64,000 nt of DNA from an uncultured delta proteobacterium (GTDB taxonomy: Bacteria > Desulfobacterota > Syntrophia > Syntrophales > UBA2185): NCBI GenBank assembly GCA_963695875.1, contig CAVOID010000008.1:160001-224000 (forward strand), written 5' to 3'. The translations under genes were made by a program, and so were the position numbers. Every line of letters begins with the position of its first letter. Within the stretch, counting starts at the first letter, position 1. The notes below the pieces were generated by a model. It was not told where the DNA came from. It saw only the letters and a list, made by a program, of their open reading frames with translations, and made no database searches. Below are positions 51,640 through 62,380 of this stretch, piece by piece.

Positions 51640-52518
51640 ATGAGCTTTTTTCTACAACTTTTCATAAATGGTATAAGTATTGGTTTTTTATATGGGCTGT
51701 CCGCCATGGGTTTTGTCATGATTTTTAAATCTTCCAGCGTCCTAAATTTTGCACATGGCGAGTTACTTGCCTTAGGGGCCTTCTTTTTTCTGGCCATGGT
51801 GACATGGGCCAAATTACCTATTGTGGTTGCCTTCCTGGTGACCCTCGTAGGTTGTTTTGTTTTGGGATTTCTGATTGAAAGATTATTTCTGCGTCCTCTT
51901 ATCGGTGAGCCTCTCATCTATGTGATCATGCTGACAGTGGGACTGGCTTCTATGTTCAGAGGTATAATGCTCTTTATATGGGGAGGAAATTTGCAGACCT
52001 ATCCTGATTTTCTGCCTGAATCTCTCAGTATTCGGTGGGACGTGATTAACGTACCGCCGGCCTATACCGCAGCTCTTATTATCGGGGTACTTTTTCTTAT
52101 ACTTTTTGGTCTTTTCTTCAAGTATTCTTCACAAGGCATATTTATGAGATCTGTAGCTGATAATCAAAAAGCGGCACTCTCATTGGGGGTTCATGTTCAA
52201 AAGGTCTTTGCACTATCGTGGGCTATTGCTGCACTTGTGGCCGGCATGAGCGGTATTGTAATGGGTGTTATAAATGGCATTAACGTGCATGATCTCAGCG
52301 CCATTGGACTCAAGGTATTCCCTGTGGTTATCCTTGGAGGTCTGGACAGCATTGGCGGTGCGATTCTTGGCGGTCTCATTATAGGTATTCTGGAAACATT
52401 CACCGGGGGCTATATTTCACCGTCGCTCCGTGATGTTGTACCATATATTGTACTTGTATTTATCCTCATGATAAAACCATATGGGCTTTTTGGCCTGGTG
52501 GAAATTGAAAGGGTATAA
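51640..52518 (+). CDS. ABC transporter permease (LivH-like)
   Basis: LNFAHGEL, RSVADNQKAALSLG, VILGGLDS and KPYGLFG. Confidence 0.92.
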   Translation: MSFFLQLFINGISIGFLYGLSAMGFVMIFKSSSVLNFAHGELLALGAFFFLAMVTWAKLPIVVAFLVTLVGCFVLGFLIERLFLRPLIGEPLIYVIMLTVGLASMFRGIMLFIWGGNLQTYPDFLPESLSIRWDVINVPPAYTAALIIGVLFLILFGLFFKYSSQGIFMRSVADNQKAALSLGVHVQKVFALSWAIAALVAGMSGIVMGVINGINVHDLSAIGLKVFPVVILGGLDSIGGAILGGLIIGILETFTGGYISPSLRDVVPYIVLVFILMIKPYGLFGLVEIERV

Positions 52519-52525
52519 GTCAGTA

Positions 52526-53596
52526 ATGAAAAGATTTCATTTCCATCCCTGCGGTAATTACAGGGAAAAATACGAACAAGAAATTACTGTCTTCGAGACC
52601 GACTTCGGCAGACTTTGGCTGTGGATCGGCATTTTTCTCCTTTTCGTCATAGTTCCATTCATAAGCAGTCCTTATTTCCTACATGTACTGAATACAATCG
52701 GGATAGCATCAATTGCGGCGATCGGGTTAAATATCCTTATCGGATACACGGGACAGATATCTCTTGGTCACGGGGCCTTCATCGGCGTCGGGGCTTATGC
52801 CGCTGCAATACTTGCAACGTCAGCAAACATTCCTTTTCTTCTTAACCTGCCGATGGCCGGACTGGTATCTGCCCTGGTAGGTATGATTTTCGGCATACCA
52901 TCCGGACGTCTCAAAGGCCTGTACCTCACAATTGCAACGCTTGCTGGCCAGATTATCATTGAATATGTTTTAATCCACTGGGAAAGTCTAACGAAAGGCA
53001 CTATGGGAATTACACTTCCCAGCCCCTCCATTTTTGGATTCGAATTAGCCAGCGATAAAGACTTCTTTTTTATGATATTCGTAAGCCTCATAGTAATGAT
53101 CTGGATAGCGGTAAACCTTATGAGAACAAAATATGGCAGAGCCTTTATTGCGATTCGAGATAATGACCGGGCTGCGGAAGGTATGGGTATTCCAATTTTC
53201 AGGTACAAGCTCCTTTCTTTTGGAATCAGCTCGTTCTATGCAGGCTTTGCCGGTGCAATATGGGCTTATTACATGGTCAGCATCACATCAGAACCATTCA
53301 ACCTGGGTCTCTCCGTCGAATACATCGCAATGGTGATCATAGGCGGCCTGGGAAGTATTACCGGTTCCATTTATGGCGCCATCTTTATAACCTTTTTGAA
53401 TGAAATTCTGAGATGGCTGACGGATATCGTGATGAACGTGGGAATCTTCACGGAAGCTGGTTTGAATGTGGCACCATTGAGAGAATTTTTCTTTGGACTG
53501 GCGATAGTTCTCTTCATTCTCTGTGAGCCGCGCGGACTTGCGGAGATATGGCGTATTATACGTTCCAACTTCAGGCTGTGGCCGTTTGCTTATTAA
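52526..53596 (+). CDS. ABC transporter permease (LivM-like)
   Basis: GLNILIGYTGQISLGHGAF, LKGLYLTIATL, AIRDND.AAE.MG and IIGGLGS. Confidence 0.92.
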   Translation: MKRFHFHPCGNYREKYEQEITVFETDFGRLWLWIGIFLLFVIVPFISSPYFLHVLNTIGIASIAAIGLNILIGYTGQISLGHGAFIGVGAYAAAILATSANIPFLLNLPMAGLVSALVGMIFGIPSGRLKGLYLTIATLAGQIIIEYVLIHWESLTKGTMGITLPSPSIFGFELASDKDFFFMIFVSLIVMIWIAVNLMRTKYGRAFIAIRDNDRAAEGMGIPIFRYKLLSFGISSFYAGFAGAIWAYYMVSITSEPFNLGLSVEYIAMVIIGGLGSITGSIYGAIFITFLNEILRWLTDIVMNVGIFTEAGLNVAPLREFFFGLAIVLFILCEPRGLAEIWRIIRSNFRLWPFAY

Positions 53597-53607
53597 GAGT
53601 TATCCGC

Positions 53608-54411
53608 ATGACTGAAAGTACTATTCTCGAGATCAACAATATATCTGTCGTTTATTCAGATGTTATTCAGGTCCTTAAGGGAGTATCCCTTATCGTTGAA
53701 CGGGACTCCATTGTGTCCCTTCTGGGCAGCAACGGTTCCGGAAAATCGACAACGCTGAAGGCCATATCTGGCCTGCTTAAACCTGAAAACGGCAAGGTGA
53801 CGGAAGGGACCATTATGTATGATGCAAAGCCCATTCAGAATCAGTCTCCCGAGGTCATTACGCGCAAGGGAATAATTCAGGTTCTGGAAGGCCGTCAGCC
53901 TTTCAAATATTTGACTGTTGAAGAAAACCTTATTGTCGGAACGGCCATCAGGTGGCGGAAGCCTTATAAGAAAGATCTGGAAATGGTTTATCATTATTTC
54001 CCCGCCATATTGAAAAGAAGGAAGATGCTGGCCGGATATTGCAGCGGTGGAGAACTTCAAATGATTGTCATGGGAAGGGCTTTGATGGCCCACCCGGCTC
54101 TTTTGCTTTTGGATGAGCCTTCTCTCGGGCTTGCTCCCATGGTTGTGAAGGAAATATTTCAGATCATAAAAAAGATAAATGAGGAACAGGGAACAACAAT
54201 TATGCTCGTCGAACAGAATGCCAATATGGCCCTGCAGATTTCTGATTATGGTTATGTAATGGAAAATGGAAAGATCGTTATGGAAGGTGGTGCAAAGACC
54301 CTTGTTGAGAATCCCGATATAAAAGAATTCTACTTGGGTATGGGGGCAACGGGCGTGTTAAAATCATATAAAGATGTCAAATCATATCGCCGTCGAAAGA
54401 GATGGCTGTAA
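53608..54411 (+). CDS. ABC transporter ATP-binding protein (LivF-like)
   Basis: GSNGSGKST, SGGELQM, LDEPSLGLAP and VEQNA. Confidence 0.92.
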   Translation: MTESTILEINNISVVYSDVIQVLKGVSLIVERDSIVSLLGSNGSGKSTTLKAISGLLKPENGKVTEGTIMYDAKPIQNQSPEVITRKGIIQVLEGRQPFKYLTVEENLIVGTAIRWRKPYKKDLEMVYHYFPAILKRRKMLAGYCSGGELQMIVMGRALMAHPALLLLDEPSLGLAPMVVKEIFQIIKKINEEQGTTIMLVEQNANMALQISDYGYVMENGKIVMEGGAKTLVENPDIKEFYLGMGATGVLKSYKDVKSYRRRKRWL

Positions 54412-54503
54412 ATAGATGGCGTGGTATCCGAAGAAAGATCTTTCATTCAGCATTGACGAGAACAATTTTTGGATCTGCAAAAACTTTATGAGGGATATAG
54501 CCT

Positions 54504-55760
54504 ATGGCAGATTGTTATGATTATAAAGAATGTGTGCCTGTGGAAGAAAGAGAACGCAGGCGCTCACTACTAATAATGGAAATGCTCAAGTCGGGTTATC
54601 AAAAATCAAGTCGCATAAGAAAGATGTTTGCCCAGCTGAAGATGGATCATTCTGAAATTAAAACCCTGAGTGATTTCGAAAAACTTCCTGTTATCTCCAG
54701 GGGAAAGCTAATTGAGCTCGAAATGTCGGAACCTCCATACGGAGGGCTGAACAATTCAGACTCAGATGTTGATAGAATTTTTATTTCTCCTGGTCCTGTA
54801 TATGAACCACACCTCTCGGAGAATGACAACCTATGGGCAAGGGCATATTATGCTGCCGGCATCGGAAAGGGAGATGTGGTTCTCAATGCTTTTTCCTACC
54901 ACATGGTTGCTGCCGGCTTGACCTTCCATGGAGGATTAAGACACATTGGTGCTACAGTCATCCCTTCTGGAACTTCAAGTTCACAACTTCAGGTACAGTT
55001 AATTCGCGACCTATCTGTAACAGCTTATGCAGGCACTCCCAGTTTTTTAATGAGCATTATAAATAAAGCAGAAGAAATGGGTTATGATTTTAAGAAAGAT
55101 TTCAGGATGAGGCGAGCCTGCTTTGCCGCGGAACCTCTTGCGCCATCGTTGAGAGAAAAATTCGAGCGGGAATATGCTATTGACACATATCAGATGTATG
55201 GCGCAACGGAAGTGGGGGATGTATCTTTTGAATGCAGAGAAAAGAAAGGATGGCATATCTGTGAAGAAGTCCTTCTGGAGATTATTGATCCGGCCACAGG
55301 GAAAAGTGTGCCGCCTGGAACGATGGGTGAAGTTGTCGTTACCCGGTTCAATAACATTTTCTTCCTTTTCCGGTTCGGGACCGGTGATCTTTCAAGAGTA
55401 ATAGAGTCACCATGCACCTGCGGAAGAACATCGTTTCGCTTGGATGGCATTGCCGGACGAGTGGGCGATGCGGTGAAAGTCAGGGGACTTTTCATCGCAC
55501 CGAGTCAGCTTAATAAAATCAAGGAAAAATTCTATAGTGTTAAATTCCAGCTCCTTGTCAGCCGAACTTCTCATGAGGATATTTTAACCGTGAAACTGGA
55601 GCTGAAAGAGGCAGGAATGAATACCGTATCCCTGGAAGAGAACTTCAGGGATCATTTCAAAGATGTATGTACGGTGAGAATTGACCGTCTGGAATTTTTG
55701 AATCCCGGCACATTAAGAGATGATGATAAAATGATCGTCGATCAGCGCGAGTGGAAATAG
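54504..55760 (+). CDS. phenylacetate-CoA ligase family protein
   Basis: FEKLPV, AGIGKGDVVLNAFSYH, YAGTPSF, YGATE, LEIIDPATG, RFGTGD, CTCGRT and VKVRG. The P-loop reads FISPGP rather than SSGTTG. Confidence 0.8.
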   Translation: MADCYDYKECVPVEERERRRSLLIMEMLKSGYQKSSRIRKMFAQLKMDHSEIKTLSDFEKLPVISRGKLIELEMSEPPYGGLNNSDSDVDRIFISPGPVYEPHLSENDNLWARAYYAAGIGKGDVVLNAFSYHMVAAGLTFHGGLRHIGATVIPSGTSSSQLQVQLIRDLSVTAYAGTPSFLMSIINKAEEMGYDFKKDFRMRRACFAAEPLAPSLREKFEREYAIDTYQMYGATEVGDVSFECREKKGWHICEEVLLEIIDPATGKSVPPGTMGEVVVTRFNNIFFLFRFGTGDLSRVIESPCTCGRTSFRLDGIAGRVGDAVKVRGLFIAPSQLNKIKEKFYSVKFQLLVSRTSHEDILTVKLELKEAGMNTVSLEENFRDHFKDVCTVRIDRLEFLNPGTLRDDDKMIVDQREWK

Positions 55761-55785
55761 ATATATAGAACTGAGGGCAAGTGTT

Positions 55786-57525
55786 TTAAATATAGACCGG
55801 TGCGGACATGTCTTTCATCTTGAGCTGGATGTCGTAAACCCCGTTCCAATTATTGATATGAGGAGTAAAGGCTATATCGAGCGCAGATCCAGAGAGGGAA
55901 TCGACAAGATGACCTTTATTGAACCAGATAGAATTATAGGATATGCCATTCCCCTTCAAGCGCATCCACAAGTGGTTATTACCTACCACAGAGTGGGAGG
56001 TGACATTAATATTTCTTGCGCAAAGAACAGGTTCAGGATTGCCGCTGCCAAAGGGGGCAAGCCTGCCGATCTGTGATATAAGCTCATGGTTTATATCGTT
56101 GAGATTACAGATGGCATCAATGCTGGTTTCAGAAACAAAATCAGAAATATTAATTTCTTTACTGATAACATTCTCGAGCATGATTGCAAATTCTTTAATG
56201 TCTTCTTCCTTGATTGATATTCCGGCAGCATATCGGTGTCCCCCATAAGAAAGCAGTAAAGAATCGCATTCTTTCAAACCCAGATATATATTAAAATCAG
56301 AAATACTTCTTCCGGAACCCTTGCCGATGCCGTCTTTCAGACTTATCAAAATAGTAGGCCTATTATACCGATCTACCAGTTTTGAAGCTACGATGCCTAT
56401 TACACCCGGGTGCCATTTATCAGAAGCGAACACAAGGGACCGAACATTTCCGGGGTCTATTGTTTTTTCAATTTGATCAAGAATCTCGTCAAGTATAGTT
56501 TTCCCCATGGCTTGACGCTTGCGATTGTAAATTTCGAGATTTTGGGCAATCCTCCTGGCCTCTTCAATGTTGTCAGTCAACAGAAGTTGAACTGCTTCAC
56601 TTGCAGTTGCAACGCGCCCTGCCGCGTTGATCCGAGGAATTATGCAGAAGGAAGCCTTGCTGGAATCAATAACCTGAGTATCAATGCCGCAAATTTCCTT
56701 TAATGCCCGCAGCCCCACTCTTTTACTTTCTGTGATAAGATCAAGGCCGATCTTCGTAAATACCCTGTTCTCATCTATAAGCGGACAGATGTCGCCGATG
56801 GTTCCCAGAGCGACAAGGTCCAGGTATTCCCGAAGATTTGGATATTTTTTATTCTCCCAGAAACCGTCTTTCCGCAGTTTTCCCCTCAGGGCTATAAGAA
56901 AATTGAAAACTATGCCCACAGCGGCAAGATCCTTAAATGGGAACATGCATTCCCTGCGATTCTGATCAATAATCGCGACGGCATCAGGTAGGATGTTGGG
57001 AACTTCATGATGGTCCAGTATGATAGTGTCTATGCCGACTGACCGTGCATAAGATATACACTCATGATCGGAGATGCCGCAATCCACAGTAATAATCAGC
57101 TCAACATTGCCGGCCTTCATCCTGTCAATTGCAGGCTTGTTGAGGCCATATCCCTCTTTGATACGGTCCGGGATGTAATATGATACAGTCGGATCGATTT
57201 CCCGGAGGAACTTCAAGAGAACAACGACGGATGTTACACCATCGGCATCATAATCGCCATAAATGACAATTTTCTCCCCGTTATAAATTGCCTTGATTAA
57301 ACGTTGGACTCCCTTTTGCATATCCATCATCAAGAGAGGATTATGCAGATCATTCAAGGAGGGTGACAGATATCTATTGGCATCGTCGAATGTTAAAATC
57401 TGGCGACTCGTCAATATACGGGAGACAATGTGGTGGATATGCAGTTCCCTGACCAGCATATCCTGTATATCCCTGTCGCTCTCTAATAACTTCCATTGAG
57501 TTGTGGGTAAACCTACTGCCGTCAT
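55786..57525 (-). CDS. recJ: single-stranded DNA exonuclease RecJ
   Basis: YGDYDADG, EGYGLN, TVDCG, DHH, PRINAAGR and GGHRYAAG motifs. Confidence 0.96.
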   Translation of the reverse strand: MTAVGLPTTQWKLLESDRDIQDMLVRELHIHHIVSRILTSRQILTFDDANRYLSPSLNDLHNPLLMMDMQKGVQRLIKAIYNGEKIVIYGDYDADGVTSVVVLLKFLREIDPTVSYYIPDRIKEGYGLNKPAIDRMKAGNVELIITVDCGISDHECISYARSVGIDTIILDHHEVPNILPDAVAIIDQNRRECMFPFKDLAAVGIVFNFLIALRGKLRKDGFWENKKYPNLREYLDLVALGTIGDICPLIDENRVFTKIGLDLITESKRVGLRALKEICGIDTQVIDSSKASFCIIPRINAAGRVATASEAVQLLLTDNIEEARRIAQNLEIYNRKRQAMGKTILDEILDQIEKTIDPGNVRSLVFASDKWHPGVIGIVASKLVDRYNRPTILISLKDGIGKGSGRSISDFNIYLGLKECDSLLLSYGGHRYAAGISIKEEDIKEFAIMLENVISKEINISDFVSETSIDAICNLNDINHELISQIGRLAPFGSGNPEPVLCARNINVTSHSVVGNNHLWMRLKGNGISYNSIWFNKGHLVDSLSGSALDIAFTPHINNWNGVYDIQLKMKDMSAPVYI

Positions 57526-57841
57526 GGTTATTTCAATTTCTTCATATCCGGAATTTGATATAGATTATGCCTTAAATGACTTTTGTTTTATAATATCAAT
57601 ATAAGCATCCATGTCAAGGAAAGAATGATTACAGTAACAATATCGCGTTCAACGCACACTTGGTGATTGATGGTCAATATAAGGAGAAGGCTCTCATGAT
57701 AAGACTGCTGTTAAGGTGATTATTGGCGGTATTAAAAGCGAGGCTGGCAGACACTTCAAGGACTGAGTTTATTCAGTGATCATAGAGATTATTTATGTTC
57801 CTTAATCATGGTTGTCAGGAAGCTCTGATTATGATGATTTT

Positions 57842-58039
57842 TTATAGCGCCTTCTTCACAAAACCGGAACGTATGCACCTCGTACATACTCTTGTACGTT
57901 TTATTGCTCCTGTTTTCTTGTCCACACAGCGTAGCTTTTGAAGGTTAGGATACCATGTTCTTTTTGTTTTGTTATTTGCATGGCTTACATTGTGACCAAC
58001 AATCGGCTTTTTGCCGCATACCTCACAGATTCTTGACAT
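57842..58039 (-). CDS. rpmB: 50S ribosomal protein L28 (zinc-binding form)
   Basis: [10 protein letters not shown]...[13 protein letters not shown]...NLQ...VCTRCIRSG. Confidence 0.97.
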   Translation of the reverse strand: MSRICEVCGKKPIVGHNVSHANNKTKRTWYPNLQKLRCVDKKTGAIKRTRVCTRCIRSGFVKKAL

Positions 58040-58291
58040 ATTTAATCTCCTAAATGAAAAGTGGGCTGATTTCTAAAACATCATAATGAAATTTGCAAGG
58101 GTTTTTTTACTATCCGCCTGACAAGGCATCTTAAATTATATAGACTGCTCGCATATGACACTTATTTTTGAAACTTGATGTTGATATTTTAGTATATTGC
58201 AGTTATGTTATATAAGTGCGATTAAATTATTGAAGAATGATCATAACATCTAAGAATTAATCAAAGAACGTAATACTGATGAGGACTAAGG

Positions 58292-59399
58292 ATGATGAAA
58301 CTGAAGATAGCCGTTCTAACAGGGGGAGGAGATTGTCCCGGCTTGAATGGTGCGATCAAATGGGTTACAAAAACCGCTCTTGATCCAAAACTTGCTGAGA
58401 AACGTTCAGTTTCTTTTGAGGTTATAGGTGTTACCGAAGGCTGGAGGGGCTTGGTCGAGGTTGATCCGGACGACCCCAAAAGCCGTGACCGATACCTTAG
58501 ACGTCTGGATGAAGAGATCGTACGAACATGGGACCGCTATGGTGGAACACACTTAGGGACATCGCGGACAAACCCTTTTAATCCGAAGAATGATCGCTCT
58601 GAAAAATTAATCGATAACATCAAAGAACTTGGGATTGACGTTATCGCTGTACTCGGAGGAGAAGATACCCTTGGTGTGGCGTATAAATTACATAAGTTGG
58701 GCATTAAGACCGTAGGCATCCCCAAGACTATCGACAATGACCTCACGGGCACAGAATATTCCCTCGGTTATGATACGGCTGTTAATGTGATCACGGAGGA
58801 AATTGACCGGTTGAGAACTACCGCCGGTTCTCACAGCCGTAATTTCGTGGTTGAAACAATGGGACGTCATGCGGGATGGCTTGCTCTTCATGGAGGTGAA
58901 TGCAGCGGTGCTTATATAATCCTGATACCTGAATATCCTTTTGATATAGACGTGGTGTGCGAACTTCTTCGGGAACGAAAGGGACGGGAAATAAACTATT
59001 CAATTATTGTTGTTTCCGAAGGGGCCAAACCTGTGGGGCAGCAGGAACTCACTCAGAGATAATAAAGTTGATGAATTCGGACATCCCACGCTCGGGGGTA
59101 TAGCGAGCTCTGTTGCAAATGAAATTGAAAAGAGAACTGGCTTCGAGTCACGCTCTCTCATACTGAGCCATTTACAGCGGGGAGGGACGCCTTCTGCACA
59201 TGATCGCCTGATGGCCAGGTGGTTTGGGATAGCCGCTGTGGATATGGTTGTCAATGAAGATTTCGGCCGTATGGTGAGCCTTACGAGGGGTGAAATTACG
59301 AGTGTCCCGCTTAAGGAGATAATTAATAAACTAAAGCTTGTCGACGTAGAAAAATATTATGATACCGAACGCTACAATGGCCGGAGATCAATATTGTAA
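58292..59399 (+). CDS. pfkA: 6-phosphofructokinase, +1 frameshift near 59054
   Basis: TGGGDCPGLN, GGTHLGTSR, PKTIDND and ETMGRHAGW, then DEFGH and LSHLQRGG in the next frame. Confidence 0.92.
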
Positions 59400-59411
59400 A
59401 AAAATTTATCC

Positions 59412-60065
59412 TTAACTTTCGAGTGCAACCAATCCTTCACGAATGGCATATTTAGTCAACTCTGCAATAGTATGAATTTCCAGTTTCTCCATGATATTCC
59501 GTCGATGAGTTTCTATGGTCTTGATACTCAGGTTTAAATGAGCAGCTATTTCTTTAGCTGACAAACCCTCTGCAAGCAACTGCAGTATCTCACGCTCCCT
59601 TGAAGTGAGTATGGTGCGCGTCGTCAGAGAAGAATCAGACACTTTGTTGAGATATCCTTTTACAACTACATCAGCGATTTTTGGGCTCAGATAGGTATTG
59701 CCTGCCGCGACTTGTCGAATGGCGCTGACAAGCTCGGCAAAGGCACAATCCTTCAGGAGGTAAGCCGATGCACCGGCTTCCAGCATGCCGAGAACGAACC
59801 GTCTGTCAGTGTGCATGGACAGTGCAATGACCTTCACATTAGATGTTCCGGCTATGATTTTTCGAGTCGCCTCTATACCATTAAGGTCGGGCATGGAGAC
59901 GTCCATAATGATAACATTGGGCGACAGCTTCTCAGCCAGCTTGACAGCTTTTCTGCCGTTTTCCGCCTCCGCGACTACTTCCATCCCTGCTTCCTTTTCT
60001 ATCAGGTTGCGCAGGCCATCCCGGAAAAGCTTGTGATCATCGGCTAGAAGTACTCTGATGCTCAT
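59412..60065 (-). CDS. NarL/FixJ family response regulator
   Basis: ADDH, MDVSMP and LuxR HTH (LTSREREIL...KTIETHR). Confidence 0.93.
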   Translation of the reverse strand: MSIRVLLADDHKLFRDGLRNLIEKEAGMEVVAEAENGRKAVKLAEKLSPNVIIMDVSMPDLNGIEATRKIIAGTSNVKVIALSMHTDRRFVLGMLEAGASAYLLKDCAFAELVSAIRQVAAGNTYLSPKIADVVVKGYLNKVSDSSLTTRTILTSREREILQLLAEGLSAKEIAAHLNLSIKTIETHRRNIMEKLEIHTIAELTKYAIREGLVALES

Positions 60066-61542
60066 TTTTTATTATCCTCCTTTTATTTTTCTTTTTTCGA
60101 GGTGCCAAAAGAGTAATACATGTACCGAGTCCTTTTTCAGTTTCAATCTCAAAAAGACCGCCGAGGTATTTAAGCCGCTCATGTATGCTGAGAAGACCGA
60201 ACCCTCCTGTCAGTTTTGCAACATTGCTGATTCCGGAGATATCAAATCCTACCCCGTCGTCTTTAACAATAATCTGTATGTTGTTGCCTGTTTTTTGAAT
60301 CATAACGTGAGCCTGTTTTGCGCGGGCATGCTTGACAACATTCATGAGAAGTTCTCTTGTGGCCCGAAAAAGCAGCAGCTGGATTTCCTCATCGATCCTA
60401 TGGATTTTAAAATCATTTGTCAGGACAACCTGTAGACTGTGCTTCGTCTGGATCTGCTCACAGAGCCAATATATAGCTTCGGTAAATCCCAACTCGTATA
60501 GAACAGAAGGGCTGAGGTCTGTCATCAACGACCTGGCTTGTTGAATGGACTGGTTGATCATATCCCCAATTTCCAACAGGGGCTTCTTTAAACCGTTTTT
60601 TGATGTTTGACTGATAAGAGACTCCAGTTTAATTTTGGTCAGGGCGAGTGTTTGTCCGATGTTGTCGTGCAGGTCGACGGCGATCCGCCGCCGTTCCCTT
60701 TCCTCCGTCATGACCAGTTCTGATGTAAGCGATCTAAGCATTTCATTGTTGGCCAGTATCTTTTCTTCCGCACTCTTGAGACTTGATATGTCAAGAAGGG
60801 ACATGACTGTTCTTTCCGTCGATGGTATCTCCGCGATATTTACAAGAACATTTCGGATCTCACCCTGCCTGTTGGTGATACGGAATTCATAGCCGTCCTC
60901 CGACATTTTAAAATGCTTTCCCCACAGCCGCCGGAGACCGTTTACGCTGGGCAGATCATCATCAAGAACAAAATCCATCCAGCTTTTTTTACCTTCTATC
61001 TCATATCTTGAAAATCCGGTAAGACTTTCAAACTGCCTGTTTGCGAGGATAATGGTTGTGTGCTCATCTATAATAATAGTCGCTGTTCCCGTGTTTTCAA
61101 AAATCGTCCGGTATCTGACCTCCGATTCCTTCAGCACATTTTCCATTCGCTTCCGTTCGGTCCTTTCCTCAACCTCAGAGAGCGCCCGGGAAACTGCAGG
61201 CCCTATACGGGACAACCTGTCTTTTAGAACATAATCAGTTGCTCCCTTCTTGAGCAGCTCAATGGCCATTTCCTCACCCAATGCACCCGAAACAAAGATG
61301 AAGGGCACATCCGGGCACATTTCCATGGCTATTTTCAGAGCTGACAGACCGTCAAATGACGGCATTGAATAATCTGAAAGAATGATCTCCGGTTTAAATT
61401 CCTCCAAGGCTTTGAGAAAGGATTTCCTGGAGGAGACGAGTCTTGATGTGAAGGTAAGGCCCGCTTCTGTGAGTTCATCTTTCATCAATTCAGCGTCCGT
61501 AGGGACGTCTTCCAGGATTAATATGTGCAATTCCCCGCTCAC
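60037..61542 (-). CDS. REC-PAS-HisKA_3 hybrid sensor kinase
   Basis: N-terminal receiver (SDYSMP), PAS domain, EERERRRIAVDLHD, NVVKHA and DDGVGF. Confidence 0.9.
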   Translation of the reverse strand: MSGELHILILEDVPTDAELMKDELTEAGLTFTSRLVSSRKSFLKALEEFKPEIILSDYSMPSFDGLSALKIAMEMCPDVPFIFVSGALGEEMAIELLKKGATDYVLKDRLSRIGPAVSRALSEVEERTERKRMENVLKESEVRYRTIFENTGTATIIIDEHTTIILANRQFESLTGFSRYEIEGKKSWMDFVLDDDLPSVNGLRRLWGKHFKMSEDGYEFRITNRQGEIRNVLVNIAEIPSTERTVMSLLDISSLKSAEEKILANNEMLRSLTSELVMTEERERRRIAVDLHDNIGQTLALTKIKLESLISQTSKNGLKKPLLEIGDMINQSIQQARSLMTDLSPSVLYELGFTEAIYWLCEQIQTKHSLQVVLTNDFKIHRIDEEIQLLLFRATRELLMNVVKHARAKQAHVMIQKTGNNIQIIVKDDGVGFDISGISNVAKLTGGFGLLSIHERLKYLGGLFEIETEKGLGTCITLLAPRKKKNKRRIIKNEHQSTSSR

Positions 61543-61812
61543 GATTAAGCCTCAGTCCTCCTCAGTATACTAAACTCACATCATCACTTTAAGATAATAC
61601 AAATTCAGGTGAATCAACCTAGTATTTAATATTTTGGATTAAGGTAGAAATCAATGGGGATAAAAAAGTAGCGGAATGGTAGGTGAATACTACCTATAGA
61701 TAAGAGTATTTGGCATTGCTGTTCTTCATAATCAAAAATTATGAAACGAATTGATATGTCATTTTCTCACCTGATCCATTCATGAAACCAATCTTTCCTT
61801 TTTCCTTACTTT

Positions 61813-62100
61813 TTAAATACCTTTGTCAGTGGAGACGGGGAGTTCCACATCCACAAACATGTCGGGCCTGAGAATATAGCCGGGATTATCCGCTACAAGT
61901 CGAACCTTCAGGGTCCGCGTGGCAGGATCGAACTGGGGCAAAACAGAACTCACCGTTACCGTAAAAGTCTTCTTTTGATGAGGGAGATAGACCTTTACGG
62001 CCTTTCCCGGCTTGAGGTACACCGCTTCATTCTCGAAAATATCTGCAATTATCCAGACGCGTCTCAGGTCTGCGATCCGGTAAAGTTCCGTGCCCTTGAT
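61813..62100 (-). pseudogene. fragment of CusB/CzcB-type efflux periplasmic adaptor
   Basis: Only LYRIADLRRVWIIADIFE...DPATRTLKVR...LRPDMFVDV remains; no N- or C-terminal parts and no partner genes. Confidence 0.75.
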
Positions 62101-62380
62101 ACATCATCCTTTTCCTGACAGATGAACAAGGAATTTAGTACCTTGAATCGAGTTTTCCCCCGATTGTGGGGGCATTTTTACTTTGGTATATGTAACGCAA
62201 AATATCAGTCGTCTATCGAGAGCAGCGTGACACGATTATATAACACCTGGTTAATTTGATTATTAAGGGAGGCAATGCAGGATGTTAAATAAATCATCTC
62301 GTTATCTTTTTTGTTCCACTTATCAAAGGCATATACCTCACTTTTGAACAAGGGAAATTCTCACAGATAAATTAAGAAAG

